A stretch of 64,000 nt of DNA from Clostridia bacterium. Lineage in GTDB: Bacteria > Bacillota > Clostridia > Christensenellales > UBA1242. Positions 10,871-21,107 of the stretch are shown here, in pieces. The translations under genes and the position numbers were made by a program. The DNA is taken from contig JBNMHO010000003.1 of assembly GCA_050872785.1 (NCBI GenBank), positions 12,554 to 76,553 of the forward strand, given 5' to 3'. Position 1 is the first letter of the stretch, and every line of letters starts with the position of its first letter. A model generated the notes under the pieces. It was not told the origin of the DNA, did not search any database, and saw only the letters and a list, made by a program, of their open reading frames with translations.

Positions 10871-11233
10871 ATGGACAGGAAGAGAAAAACTATAATTTTT
10901 TTTGTGTTTGCAGGGGTGGTTGGCATAATAAATGGACTTTTTGGGGGTGGAGGGGGTATGTTATGTGTGCCAATTTTCAAAAGCCTACTCAAACTTGAGG
11001 ACAAAGCCTCTCATGCCACGGCAGTTATGGTGATGTCCATTGTTAGTATTCCAACACTTATCATCTATCTATTTTCCTTGCCATTTAAGGCAGATGTTGG
11101 AATTTTTGTCACAATTGGCTCACTTGTTGGCGGACTTGTGGGGAGTTTTATTCTCAAGAAAATTAACAACAGACTTCTAAACTTTCTCTTTGTCCTTGTG
11201 CTTATTGCTTCGGGGCTAAAGATGTTCTTTTAA
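10871..11233 (+). CDS. Half-size TauE/SafE sulfite-exporter-family protein
   Basis: GIINGLFGGGGGML motif, 4 TM. Confidence 0.85.
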   Translation: MDRKRKTIIFFVFAGVVGIINGLFGGGGGMLCVPIFKSLLKLEDKASHATAVMVMSIVSIPTLIIYLFSLPFKADVGIFVTIGSLVGGLVGSFILKKINNRLLNFLFVLVLIASGLKMFF

Positions 11234-11277
11234 GATGTTTTGCAAAAAGTAAAAATTTTAAACTAGAAAGGTGAAAA

Positions 11278-11643
11278 ATGTGGATTGTGATTGTAATTTT
11301 AGGGCTTGTGACGGGGCTTATGGGCGCGCTTGGACTTGGTGGCGGAACAGTGCTTATTCCATTATTATCTCTTATCGGCGTTGGGCAAAAAGAGGCTCAA
11401 CTTATAAATGTTTTTTCCTTTGTCGTCATGGCGTTTATTGTCCTAATTTTCAACATAAAAAACGGGCTTGTTGATGTCTTCCCAGCGGTCATATTTTCGT
11501 GCGTTGCAGTGCCGTTTGCAGTCATTATCGCCTTGTGTGTTAGGGAAATTGATGAACATGTTTTAAAGATAACTTTTGGGGCTTTTTTGCTTATTATGGG
11601 GGCGGTGGAACTGGTGTGTTATCTTAAAAAATATCACTCATAA
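11278..11643 (+). CDS. Half-size TauE/SafE sulfite-exporter-family protein
   Basis: GLMGALGLGGGTVLIP motif, 4 TM; partner of preceding gene. Confidence 0.85.
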   Translation: MWIVIVILGLVTGLMGALGLGGGTVLIPLLSLIGVGQKEAQLINVFSFVVMAFIVLIFNIKNGLVDVFPAVIFSCVAVPFAVIIALCVREIDEHVLKITFGAFLLIMGAVELVCYLKKYHS

Positions 11644-11880
11644 TAGGCTTAGATGTTTCAAAATAAATGTTGTCAAGGAAAATTTTTCTTGACAATTTTT
11701 ATTTGTGTGATATTTTGTAGGGGAAGGCAAAACTTGGGTAATTTTGCTTAAAATAGTTGCCTTCGACCAAAATTTAAAGATTTTTCAATATTTATTGCTA
11801 GAAATTGCCTGCTTTGACGCAAAATTTCTTTACAACTTTCAAAACTTCGTGTAAAATACAATGTGATAAGGAGTAGAAAA

Positions 11881-12048
11881 ATGGTTGACAAAGAAAAATG
11901 TATCGGATGCGGCGCTTGCGAAGGTGTTTGCCCAGTTGGAGCAATAAAAATGGTTGACGGCAAGTCGCATATTGATGACGAAATTTGCATCGGCTGCCAC
12001 ACTTGCGAAGGCATATGTCCAGTGGAAGCAATCAAGATTGAAAAATAA
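11881..12048 (+). CDS. 2x[4Fe-4S] ferredoxin
   Basis: Two CxxCxxCxxxCP motifs. Confidence 0.95.
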   Translation: MVDKEKCIGCGACEGVCPVGAIKMVDGKSHIDDEICIGCHTCEGICPVEAIKIEK

Positions 12049-12075
12049 GCAGTTTTCTGCAAAGGAGTTTTTGTT

Positions 12076-13587
12076 TTGGAAAAATTAGCAGTTATTCATT
12101 TGGGAAGCACAAAAATAAATCTCACATTGTCATATCTCAATCAAGAAGGCAATTATGTTGTGTTTCAAGATATGAGCGAACCTGTCAAAATTGTTGACGA
12201 CTTTGACGGAGAGGGCCTTTTGAGAATGGCACGAAGCAGTGAGGCCTTGGTCGTTCTTAAAATGTTTAGAATGATGTGTGAAGTGAACAAGGTTACAAAT
12301 ATTTATGCCGTTGGCTCGCACTCTCTAAAAACGCTTAAAAACTATCGCAGTTTTTTGGACGAAATATACAACATAACAGGCTTTAAATTTAGAATTCTTG
12401 AAGAAGAAGAGGAACTTTCAAACCTTTATTGTGGGGTTATAAACACCCTTGACATTCCAAAAGGCGTTATTGTAAATGTAAGTGGCGGCTCAACCCGAAT
12501 TGTGCAATATAACAGAAGAAATATCGTAAATCAAGTGGTCATTCCATTTGGCTCTTATGAAGTGGCAAAAAGTTTGGAAGGGTCTGCAAGTGTTGCTGAA
12601 GGTTGCGACCTTATGGTCAAGAAATTTGCCGACAGTATAAGGGAAATTGATTGGCTTAGAGATATTGACCAAGAATTTAGTTTTGTTGGCGTGGGAAATG
12701 CCTTTTTAAACGCTGGCAAACTTTCTCGCAAACTCAGAAAATATCCAGTTGACATTGCCCACAACTATTCAATGACGAATGCTGAATTTGACGATATTTT
12801 CAAACTAATAAAAACACTTGACATTGACAAAACAAAGAAAGTTAAGGGCATATCCTCTGAACGTGCAGACGTTTTTGCTGCGGGAATTTGCATGACAAAG
12901 GCAATTTTTGACGTTTGCAAATTTGAGCAAGTTACAGTGTCAGAACGTGGCATGAACATGGGCTTTTTGCTTGGAAACGTTATGCCAGGGATAATCGAAA
13001 AGCCTCTAAGTGACCTTTTGGGATATAGCCTTGAAAATATCCGCACATTCCACGACGGGGAATTCAGTAACTCAAAGCAAGTCAACGACTTGTCACTTAT
13101 TTTGTTCAGACAACTCAAAGTTCTTCACAAGTTGCCAAGGGGATATATCAAAATTCTAAGAATCGCCTCTGCTATGCACGATTGCGGGCAAAGAATAAAA
13201 TTCTATGAACACGAGAAAAATAGTTTTCATATCATTCTCAATTCAGAATTGTTTGGCGTGACACATAGAGAAATTGTAATGGCATCATTTGTGAGTGCGT
13301 GTCAGAATTTGAGTGATTTTGACCTTGCAGAATGGATTAAATATAAAGACGTCCTAACAGACGAAGATTTGGACGCTATGCGAAAACTTGCACTTATTGT
13401 CCGCCTTGCAGAAGCACTTGACAAGAGTCACAGAAATGTTGTTCAAGACGTCAGTTGCGACATTTTGGGCGACAGTGTTATTATGAAAACAATCGTCACT
13501 ATGGACGCTTCAATAGAAATAAGGGAAACTGCAAAAGTTGGGCAGGATTTCAGAAAAGTTTATAAAAAGACCCTTGAAGTTTTGTAA
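12076..13587 (+). CDS. ppx: Ppx/GppA-family protein with C-terminal HD domain (phosphatase motifs degenerate)
   Basis: ASKHA-type layout, ERADVFAAG, MHDCG HD motif; DLGSN replaced by HLGST and DIGGGS by NVSGGS. Confidence 0.8.
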   Translation: MEKLAVIHLGSTKINLTLSYLNQEGNYVVFQDMSEPVKIVDDFDGEGLLRMARSSEALVVLKMFRMMCEVNKVTNIYAVGSHSLKTLKNYRSFLDEIYNITGFKFRILEEEEELSNLYCGVINTLDIPKGVIVNVSGGSTRIVQYNRRNIVNQVVIPFGSYEVAKSLEGSASVAEGCDLMVKKFADSIREIDWLRDIDQEFSFVGVGNAFLNAGKLSRKLRKYPVDIAHNYSMTNAEFDDIFKLIKTLDIDKTKKVKGISSERADVFAAGICMTKAIFDVCKFEQVTVSERGMNMGFLLGNVMPGIIEKPLSDLLGYSLENIRTFHDGEFSNSKQVNDLSLILFRQLKVLHKLPRGYIKILRIASAMHDCGQRIKFYEHEKNSFHIILNSELFGVTHREIVMASFVSACQNLSDFDLAEWIKYKDVLTDEDLDAMRKLALIVRLAEALDKSHRNVVQDVSCDILGDSVIMKTIVTMDASIEIRETAKVGQDFRKVYKKTLEVL

Positions 13588-13602
13588 AATAGAGAGGTTT
13601 TT

Positions 13603-14613
13603 ATGTTAAGTTATGAATTGTGTATTGACATGGGAAGTTCATACACAACAATTTATAAGAAAAACAGCGGAATTGTTTTGCGTGAGCCAACTTTGGCAAT
13701 TCTTCAAACTTCTGGCAAAAATATGAAAGTTGTTAAAATGGGGCTTGAAGCACAAAGACTTTATGGCAAAACTTCTGACGATGAAGTTTTTGTTAGACCT
13801 ATTGTTGATGACATTGTCAAAAATGTGTCACTTTCGCAAAAGATTTTGGAATATTTCCTAGGAAAAATTGTTAAATATCGCTTTGTTAAGCCTGCGATAA
13901 AAGTTATTGCTTGCCTTCCAGTTGGACTTAAAAAAGAAGAATATGACGACATAAAGAAAATGTATTTTGCCGTTGGCTTTGCCAAAATTGACTTTGTTTA
14001 TGGCAGTGTGTGTGCCAGTTTTGCCGGCAGTCCATATCTTGCTCAAAACAGAGCAAACCTCATTGTTGACATCGGCGGCGGAAGGACAGAAATTTCATGC
14101 ATTACAAATGGGAAGATAATTTCCGCTTGCAGTGTAAATGTTGGTGGAAACTATGTGGATAGGCTTATTGTTTCTGAACTTCAACACAACAAAAATTTTA
14201 TAATAAATCAAAATTTAGCGGGCAAAATTAAGTGTGAAATTGGCTCGCTTTATGAAACAGACACAAGCAGCATTGAGGTTGTTGTGCAAGAAGCGTCTGC
14301 CAATTCACAAATAACGACTGTTGTGCATGCCAGGGATATAACAAAGCCAATTTGCGAAGCATATTTCAAAATTGCACAACTCATTCAAGCATTTCTTGGC
14401 GATTGTTCGCCAGAAGTGGTGGAAGATATTAAAAAGTCTGGCATTGTTGTGTGCGGTGGCGGAGCAAAAATAACTGGGCTTGAAACATTCTTTAAAAAGA
14501 TTTTGGGCTTAAGCGTGTTTGTGCTTGACAACCCAGAAGTTGCAACTGTTTTGGGCAGTGAAAAGTTGCTAAGTGACTATAACATGCTTCAAAAAGTTAA
14601 AGAAGAAAACTAA
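13603..14613 (+). CDS. mreB: MreB/Mbl-like actin homologue (divergent)
   Basis: IDMGS, GIVLREPT, VDIGGGRTE, GGGA motifs. Confidence 0.8.
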   Translation: MLSYELCIDMGSSYTTIYKKNSGIVLREPTLAILQTSGKNMKVVKMGLEAQRLYGKTSDDEVFVRPIVDDIVKNVSLSQKILEYFLGKIVKYRFVKPAIKVIACLPVGLKKEEYDDIKKMYFAVGFAKIDFVYGSVCASFAGSPYLAQNRANLIVDIGGGRTEISCITNGKIISACSVNVGGNYVDRLIVSELQHNKNFIINQNLAGKIKCEIGSLYETDTSSIEVVVQEASANSQITTVVHARDITKPICEAYFKIAQLIQAFLGDCSPEVVEDIKKSGIVVCGGGAKITGLETFFKKILGLSVFVLDNPEVATVLGSEKLLSDYNMLQKVKEEN

Positions 14614-14703
14614 AATTTTGTTTTTTTGTCGAAAATAAAAAGTAAGACCAAATGCGGTTTTACTTTTTTTCTTTTGTTGCTAAAATTTCATTAGGAGAAG
14701 AAA

Positions 14704-15501
14704 ATGGCAAGAAAAATTGTTCTTACAAGTGGAAAGGGCGGCGTTGGCAAAACAACCATTTGCGCCAACCTTGGCGTAGCACTTGCGAAACTTGGAAAGC
14801 GTGTGTGCCTTGTGGATGTGGACATTGGGCTTAACAATCTTGACGTTGTAACTGGGGTGGAAAATAAAATTGTGTTTGACATTGTTGATGTCATTCAAAA
14901 TAGATGTCGCATAAAACAAGCCCTGGTGCAAGACCTAAATCAGCCAAACTTATTTATCATGCCGTCTGCCCATTCCTACAACAAATCACAAGTCACCGCT
15001 GAAAATGTAAGGAAAGTTATCGAAGGACTTAATGACTATTTTGACTTTGTGCTTATTGATTGCCCAGCGGGCATCGATGAACCATTTAAACGTGCAGTGT
15101 GTGGGGCAGATGAAGCGATAGTTGTCGTGACGCCACACTTGTCAAGTTTGAGAGATGCCGACAAAGTCCTTCTTATGCTAGGGAATTTTAACATTAAAGA
15201 TTATTCCATTGTTATAAATCGTGTAAGAGGGGATATGATTTTAGACAAAGAAATGCTTGATTGCAAAAAGATTTCTGAAATCTTAGATGCCAGACTGTCT
15301 GGAATTATACCAGAAGACGATGCAATAACAACTTTTCTTTCTGTGGGCAGAACAGTCAACAGGGCGTGCAATTCCTATGAAGCGTTTTCGCTTCTTGCCA
15401 AAAATATATTGGGCGAAACAACAAAGGTCTTTGACTGCACAGAAAAATATAAAGGCTTTACTGGCTTTTTCAAACGAATGATACTCAAAAAAGTTAAATA
15501 A
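14704..15501 (+). CDS. minD: Septum site-determining ATPase MinD
   Basis: SGKGGVGKTT, DIGLNNLD, IDCPAGI, C-terminal amphipathic helix. Confidence 0.95.
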   Translation: MARKIVLTSGKGGVGKTTICANLGVALAKLGKRVCLVDVDIGLNNLDVVTGVENKIVFDIVDVIQNRCRIKQALVQDLNQPNLFIMPSAHSYNKSQVTAENVRKVIEGLNDYFDFVLIDCPAGIDEPFKRAVCGADEAIVVVTPHLSSLRDADKVLLMLGNFNIKDYSIVINRVRGDMILDKEMLDCKKISEILDARLSGIIPEDDAITTFLSVGRTVNRACNSYEAFSLLAKNILGETTKVFDCTEKYKGFTGFFKRMILKKVK

Positions 15502-15511
15502 AAGGTGAAAT

Positions 15512-15748
15512 ATGAAAATTGCACAAAAATCACTTTTGAGAATAGAAAAAATGTTGAAATATGACAAAGAGCGAGTGTCGCAGCCGCTTCTCAATCTTCT
15601 TAAAAGTGATATTTATTCTGTTTTTGATAGTTATTTTGAAATGAGTCTAGAAGATATTTCCATAAGTTATTTTGTGGGGGAAGACGGCAAATATCACTTC
15701 AACCTTGACGTTGGCGCAAGACGAATGAAACGTCCCACATATTTTTAA
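15512..15748 (+). CDS. minE: MinE topological specificity factor
   Basis: 78 aa directly after minD; RIEKMLKYDK...LKSDIYSVFDSYFE pattern. Confidence 0.7.
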   Translation: MKIAQKSLLRIEKMLKYDKERVSQPLLNLLKSDIYSVFDSYFEMSLEDISISYFVGEDGKYHFNLDVGARRMKRPTYF

Positions 15749-15774
15749 ACTATCATTTTTTTATGCAAAAATGG

Positions 15775-15804
15775 GCATATTTTAAGCAATTTTTTACATA
15801 TTTT
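15775..15804 (+). promoter_or_regulatory. Putative sigmaE sporulation promoter
   Basis: gcATAt...17 nt...CATAtttT upstream of the spoIVFA-like gene. Confidence 0.4.
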
Positions 15805-15830
15805 TGGGACTTTTGGCATAAAAATTTTGT

Positions 15831-16439
15831 ATGAAAAAGATTGTAATTAAAACAGTTTCAACAAAAAAAATGCTCAAAAATACATGGGGATTTTTTAAAA
15901 AATATCTCACATTGTTTATCATTGCTCTCATTTTTCTTGCACTTGTTGTGTGCGACAGAGCGGGAAGCAGTGCGGGTGGAATGATTATGGATAACTTAAA
16001 GTCCATAGCCACCAGTTTTACGCCAACAACCGACCTTTTTGACGACGGAAGTGAAGTGTCTTTTGTGTCTTATTTTTTTGGCATGACTAGACCTCAAAAA
16101 GATGAAGTTGTTAAGTTTACGCTTCCTACAATGCAACAAAACACTTCTTCATCAGACGACTTTTTGTGTTATGATTTTGACGGAGTTTTGTCAAGCGTTG
16201 CAAATGGCACAGTGAGTGCAGTGGGGTGGACTTTGGACAATCAAAAATATATCGAAATTGACCACGCAAAAGGATACAAGTCAAGATATGTAGGCGTTTT
16301 TTCGCTCGGTGTTTCAACGGGGGACAAAGTGGCGGGAGGAAGCCTAATTGCTTCAACAACATCGGGGCAAAAGTGCAAAGTTTATGTCTTTCAAAACAAC
16401 AATATGCTAAAAATAAGTGAAGTGGAATGGACAAAATAA
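15831..16439 (+). CDS. SpoIVFA-like membrane protein with inactive M23/LytM domain
   Basis: TM then SVANGTVSAVG...IEIDH..GYKSRY...VSTGDKV; lacks HxH; overlaps spoIVFB. Confidence 0.7.
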   Translation: MKKIVIKTVSTKKMLKNTWGFFKKYLTLFIIALIFLALVVCDRAGSSAGGMIMDNLKSIATSFTPTTDLFDDGSEVSFVSYFFGMTRPQKDEVVKFTLPTMQQNTSSSDDFLCYDFDGVLSSVANGTVSAVGWTLDNQKYIEIDHAKGYKSRYVGVFSLGVSTGDKVAGGSLIASTTSGQKCKVYVFQNNNMLKISEVEWTK

Positions 16440-17272
16440 AGTTTAAAATTCACCCATTATTTCTTGTCTTTGCAGCGACACTTGTCTATTTTGGGCAAGG
16501 AGTGTTGTTTGTGAATTATCTTGTTGTTATGATTTTTCACGAATATGCCCACGCATATGCTGCAAGAAAATTGGGATACAATCTTCAAAACATAAAACTT
16601 ATTCCATTTGGCATTTGCCTAAATCTAAATTCCACAACTCTTGACCCAGTTGACGAGATAAAAATTGCAATTGCAGGGCCTTTGTGTAATTTTATTTTAG
16701 GAGCAGGAATGATTGCAATTTGGTGGCTTTTTCCAGCGACATACAATGTTACAAACTTGTTTTGTTATGCAAATATTGTGACGGCAATATTTAATCTTTT
16801 GCCCGCATTCCCACTTGACGGAGGAAGGGTTCTTCACGCATGTTCAAGCAAAGTGTTTGGACGGGACAAGGCTTCAAAAGTCTGCAAAATTTCAAGTGCT
16901 ATTTTGTGTGTTATGTTATTTTTGCTGTTTATTTTTAGTTTCTACCTTTCTCATGGCAATTTCACCTATTTGTTTGTTATATTTTGCCTTCTCACTGGCT
17001 TTTCACAAAAAGATGAGAAATTATCCTACAGTTTTTTCAACCTTTCAAAAGTCAAAAAGGATAAAAACGTCTTGAAGGTCAAAACGCTTTATGTGCGAGA
17101 TGATGTGAAACTATTTAAACTTTGCAAATACATTGATTCGGCAAGTTTTCTTAACCTTTATGTCTGCGACAAAAATGGGGAATTTGTGGACAATATCAAC
17201 GAAAAAGACCTAGGAAGACTTTTGGAAAATAATAATTCTACAACAACCCTTCATGACGCAATTTGGGGATAA
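16427..17272 (+). CDS. spoIVFB: SpoIVFB-like M50 site-2 protease
   Basis: HEYAH, AGP, NLLPAFPLDGGR motifs. Confidence 0.85.
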   Translation: MDKIKFKIHPLFLVFAATLVYFGQGVLFVNYLVVMIFHEYAHAYAARKLGYNLQNIKLIPFGICLNLNSTTLDPVDEIKIAIAGPLCNFILGAGMIAIWWLFPATYNVTNLFCYANIVTAIFNLLPAFPLDGGRVLHACSSKVFGRDKASKVCKISSAILCVMLFLLFIFSFYLSHGNFTYLFVIFCLLTGFSQKDEKLSYSFFNLSKVKKDKNVLKVKTLYVRDDVKLFKLCKYIDSASFLNLYVCDKNGEFVDNINEKDLGRLLENNNSTTTLHDAIWG

Positions 17273-17389
17273 AATTTAACTAAAGCCACTTTTTAGTGCA
17301 AAAAATGCCAAATTTTATGAACAAAGCGTGCAAATTCGCTTAACATATTTCTCAAAATATTTTAAAATATCTCTGTAGGGGATAAAAAA

Positions 17390-19756
17390 ATGAAATATGT
17401 TAGAAATGTTGACGATTTGAAAAAATACACCTTTGAATTCTTTGACGCCTTTTTGCCTCAAATGCTTTCCGACCAAATGGTCAATTATTTTTTGCTTAAT
17501 ATGGGTGATGGCGAAGTGCTTGAGAGAAGTGCCATTGCATATATGTCGCAAGGAAAGATTGCTCCCGAAGCAGTGGCGGACTATGGCGAGGCTATCTTGC
17601 AACTGAATGACTATAGAGGACTTCTTAAAAAGTTTGTGGAACTCCTATTAAAAGCCAAAAATTATGAAGGGCTTTGTGCGTTTTTAAATAGAATTTTCTT
17701 GCAACAAGTTGGCGACTGCAAATATAGAAGTGTCAAAAAGGAATATTCAATAAATGAAAGATATTTTGATAGATTTGTAGAGATTGTTACATATTGTGCC
17801 ATTGACAGAAGATTATACACACCTTTCTTCCTAGCAATTTTTGCAAGTGAGGCGGGGTCACGAATGTCTTATTACAAAGAACCATTGAAAGAATATCTTG
17901 ACGTGTTTTTGAAAGACGGCGAAGACGATGAGTTTATATCCCAACTTTTGGGACTTGACAACAAAGAGGGGATAAAGGAATATGCGTCATCAAATATGCA
18001 AAAGACCTTGAAAGCAATTATTATGGAATACATCTCGGGCGAAAATGGCAGCGCCGTGCTTGCAAAGCGTGCAGTTGCCATGCACAAACTTGAGGCGTTA
18101 GCCATTTTGGAAGAAATTTTGGCGGGAAATGAAGAAAACCTAAAACCAAAAGCCGTTCAACTGTTATGTTCTTTGAAAGAAGATAGACGTGTTAAGGAAA
18201 AGTTAAAAACTCTTTATGAAACAACTGAAAATGCAAGAATTGCAACTATTCTTGAAAAAGAATGTGGATTTGAAACGCTTAGAATGTTTGAAACAGAAGG
18301 CGAGTTTTTAAGCGAGGTGGAAAGAACCACCCCTCAAATTCAAGAAAGACTTTATGGCGTTAGGCTCAAAAGGTTTTATGACAAGCATGGGCTTGACAAC
18401 ACTGGCACAAACGGCAGAATTTTGACCTATGTTATGGAAACGTTTAAGTCAAAAGAAATTGACTCCAACTTAAGTGCCTACAAAGAGTATTTTCAATATG
18501 TGGATAAAGTTGTGCTTCAAAGGCTTTGTGATGTCATATGGGAAGTTGCTTTTTTAAAGGGCAAATTCTTGTGTAGCAAATGGGCAATGAGGCTTGTCGC
18601 AGTTTTTGCTTCCATGCCACTTATAAAAGGAATTACAGAAAGTTTGAAACTTTGGTATTTTGACAAAAACATGGCGACAAATGCAAAATATTTTGTGGAT
18701 ATGCTTGCAAGCAGCGGTCATGAGGGAACAATTTATGTGGTGAGGGAAATGCAAAAGGAAAACCTTTCGCCAAAGCAAAAAAAATATTTTGAACAAAAAC
18801 TTGAGAACTTTTCGGATAGGAGCAGCCAAAGCATTGAAGAAGTTAAGGATAAACTTGCAGACACATTTGGCTTTGACAAAGATGGATATTTGGAACTGGA
18901 CATCGGAACAAGAATTTTGCTTGCGAAAATCAACCTCGATTGCACAATTTCAATATATAATAGTGCAACGGGCAAACCAGCAAGGCTCAAAGGCGAAGAA
19001 CAATGCCAAGGCGAAAATGTTAAAAAATATCTCAAACAACTTGAAAAGGAAGTTAAGGAACAACGCAAAAGATTGTGGACAAGTTTTATGGAGTTTAGGG
19101 GATATGAACTCGCCACTTTCCGCAAGTGCATTGTGAACAACTGTCTTCTAAATTTCCTTTCGCAACACCTTTATTGGGGAAAATACAAAAAAGACAAACT
19201 ATGTGAAGTTTGTGTTTTTCATGACGATAGACTTGTGCATGAAGCGGGAAATGTGCTTGACGACCTTGACGACTACACCATTGCCATTTTGCAACCACTT
19301 GACGCAGAACTTTATGCCAGCAGACTAAACGGAAGAATTGAGCCTTTGTTCGACCAAATGAACTTCCCACATTACAGAGCAGACGAAAGTGTTGCAAATT
19401 GCAATTATGTCGATGTTCTGTCGGGTGTGTTCTGCAATGCACAACTGTTTGTTACAAGACTGGAAAAATTGAAATTTAAGGTGGCGGACTTAGATAGCCG
19501 TGGCACCTTTGGAACATTGTTTAAGGCAAACAAAAACTTAAACCTTATTACAACTGTAGAATTTGAGCGAGTACCAATGACAAATCAAAACTGTGGCACA
19601 ACGCTGGGGAAAATAAGATTTTATGACCTTTCCCGCCAAACCAAAAACGGCAAAATCTACGCCCTAAACAAGTCCGAAGCCCTAACCATAAAGGAAATAA
19701 ACGAATATATCCTAAGCAACGAAATCGGACAAATTATCAAAGCCACAAAAGGATAA
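17390..19756 (+). CDS. Large helical-repeat protein with DUF4132-like C-terminal domain
   Basis: DKLADTFGFDKDG...EQRKRL...QHLYWG...PLFDQM resembles DUF4132; HEAT-like middle region. Confidence 0.6.
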   Translation: MKYVRNVDDLKKYTFEFFDAFLPQMLSDQMVNYFLLNMGDGEVLERSAIAYMSQGKIAPEAVADYGEAILQLNDYRGLLKKFVELLLKAKNYEGLCAFLNRIFLQQVGDCKYRSVKKEYSINERYFDRFVEIVTYCAIDRRLYTPFFLAIFASEAGSRMSYYKEPLKEYLDVFLKDGEDDEFISQLLGLDNKEGIKEYASSNMQKTLKAIIMEYISGENGSAVLAKRAVAMHKLEALAILEEILAGNEENLKPKAVQLLCSLKEDRRVKEKLKTLYETTENARIATILEKECGFETLRMFETEGEFLSEVERTTPQIQERLYGVRLKRFYDKHGLDNTGTNGRILTYVMETFKSKEIDSNLSAYKEYFQYVDKVVLQRLCDVIWEVAFLKGKFLCSKWAMRLVAVFASMPLIKGITESLKLWYFDKNMATNAKYFVDMLASSGHEGTIYVVREMQKENLSPKQKKYFEQKLENFSDRSSQSIEEVKDKLADTFGFDKDGYLELDIGTRILLAKINLDCTISIYNSATGKPARLKGEEQCQGENVKKYLKQLEKEVKEQRKRLWTSFMEFRGYELATFRKCIVNNCLLNFLSQHLYWGKYKKDKLCEVCVFHDDRLVHEAGNVLDDLDDYTIAILQPLDAELYASRLNGRIEPLFDQMNFPHYRADESVANCNYVDVLSGVFCNAQLFVTRLEKLKFKVADLDSRGTFGTLFKANKNLNLITTVEFERVPMTNQNCGTTLGKIRFYDLSRQTKNGKIYALNKSEALTIKEINEYILSNEIGQIIKATKG

Positions 19757-19781
19757 AAAGACTCCCAAACGGGAGTTTTTT
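19756..19781. terminator. Bidirectional intrinsic terminator
   Basis: aaaagactccc-aaac-gggagtttttt. Confidence 0.8.
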
Positions 19782-19790
19782 GCTATATTT

Positions 19791-20402
19791 TTATTTGTTT
19801 TTCACTGGCTTCTTTTCGTTGTAAGATTTGTTATGAGGTGCGGTTTTTGTGAGGTCGTGGGTTGGGGAAGATTGCTCGTCTTTGTCGTGGTCATTTTCAA
19901 GTGCGCCAGAAGCCTTGCCGTGTTCTGCAATTTCGCTGCCCGGTTTGTTGTTCTCCACCAAGATATATGGTTTTAGGCGTTCAATATTGCTTTCCTCAAG
20001 TTCCAAAAGTCGCTTGCCAAAGAAGACAAGTTCTGGTTTGCATTTTTGGCAGTCGGAGAGGACGCTCATCAGGTCAATTATGCCCATTGTTGTGCCATAA
20101 ATGTTCACGCTGGCAATCTTTCTGTTTGACTTGTCAAGCATTGTCGCCATGTTCACAGAAAACCACATTTTCGCTTTCTTAAAGAACCCGTTGTTCACAA
20201 GTTCAATGTCCATTGCTTGCGCCAAGTCTTCGCAACTTTCGCTAAACTCGTCATAGTTCTTAAACTGTTTTTTGAGTTCTCTTTTAAGTTTGCTGTCTTG
20301 CACTTTTTCCATAACATTATTTATAGATTGCATTGCAGTTTGAATGTTTTGATGCAACGCAATAAGCAAATTTGTGTTCATTTCCTTTTGACTTTTTGGC
20401 AT
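19791..20402 (-). CDS. Ferritin-like four-helix hypothetical protein (possibly sporulation)
   Basis: Helical, GTTMG...EESNIERLKPYI pattern; disordered tail. Confidence 0.55.
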   Translation of the reverse strand: MPKSQKEMNTNLLIALHQNIQTAMQSINNVMEKVQDSKLKRELKKQFKNYDEFSESCEDLAQAMDIELVNNGFFKKAKMWFSVNMATMLDKSNRKIASVNIYGTTMGIIDLMSVLSDCQKCKPELVFFGKRLLELEESNIERLKPYILVENNKPGSEIAEHGKASGALENDHDKDEQSSPTHDLTKTAPHNKSYNEKKPVKNK

Positions 20403-20476
20403 AATAGCCCCCTTTTTTCATAGTTAGTTTGGCAGGTTTCAAAAATTTTATACATCTTTATGCAAAAATTTGGGTC

Positions 20477-20504
20477 TTGACAAATCTTCAAACAAAAGTA
20501 TAAT
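20477..20504 (+). promoter_or_regulatory. sigmaA promoter
   Basis: TTGACA-16-TATAAT. Confidence 0.7.
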
Positions 20505-20525
20505 TTTTATGTAATGAGGTGAATT

Positions 20526-21107
20526 ATGACAAATTGGTCTTTTAACAACGAAGATGTATCAGAATTTATGCTTGAAAACTCGTTTATAAAATCCGCTAAA
20601 AATTTCCCAACGTTTGAGGGCAAAAAGGGACTTTCTCTTATGGTCGGACGAAATGGCGACACAACAATTTTGTGGAAGATTGAACCATGCAGATTTTGGC
20701 AAGTGGAAAGAAACCTTACAACTGGCGAAGAAAGATTTATTAACGATTGGACATTCCAGTGGATGGACTTTTTGACAAAAAAGCATGGACAAGAATACAT
20801 TGACTATCTAAATAGTTATCTTCCACAACTTCAAAAAGAATACAAACAATTTCAATCAAGAATTATGTCAACAAGAACAGAAAGGGAACTTAGAAGTCTT
20901 CCAGAATGTGTCCTAATCAAAAAAATTGAAAGTTGTCCAAACATCGGCTCCTCTGACGGTGACTTTGACGAGAAGTATGAAGACTTTGAAGGACATAAAC
21001 AACGCTTCGATAACAAAGTCTATCGTTATATGGAAATGAAGTGGAATAAAATCAAATATCTTGAAAAACACTTCTCGCAAAAGCAAACTTCCGAACCAGA
21101 AATGTAA
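20526..21107 (+). CDS. Hypothetical (orphan) protein
   Basis: 193-aa ORF with GAGGTG RBS, own promoter and terminator. Confidence 0.7.
   Translation: MTNWSFNNEDVSEFMLENSFIKSAKNFPTFEGKKGLSLMVGRNGDTTILWKIEPCRFWQVERNLTTGEERFINDWTFQWMDFLTKKHGQEYIDYLNSYLPQLQKEYKQFQSRIMSTRTERELRSLPECVLIKKIESCPNIGSSDGDFDEKYEDFEGHKQRFDNKVYRYMEMKWNKIKYLEKHFSQKQTSEPEM

Noticed and set aside
10871-11643. Split TauE as a frameshifted pseudogene
   Set aside because: Paired half-size TauE genes are common in Clostridia and each has its own start codon and complete 4-TM unit.
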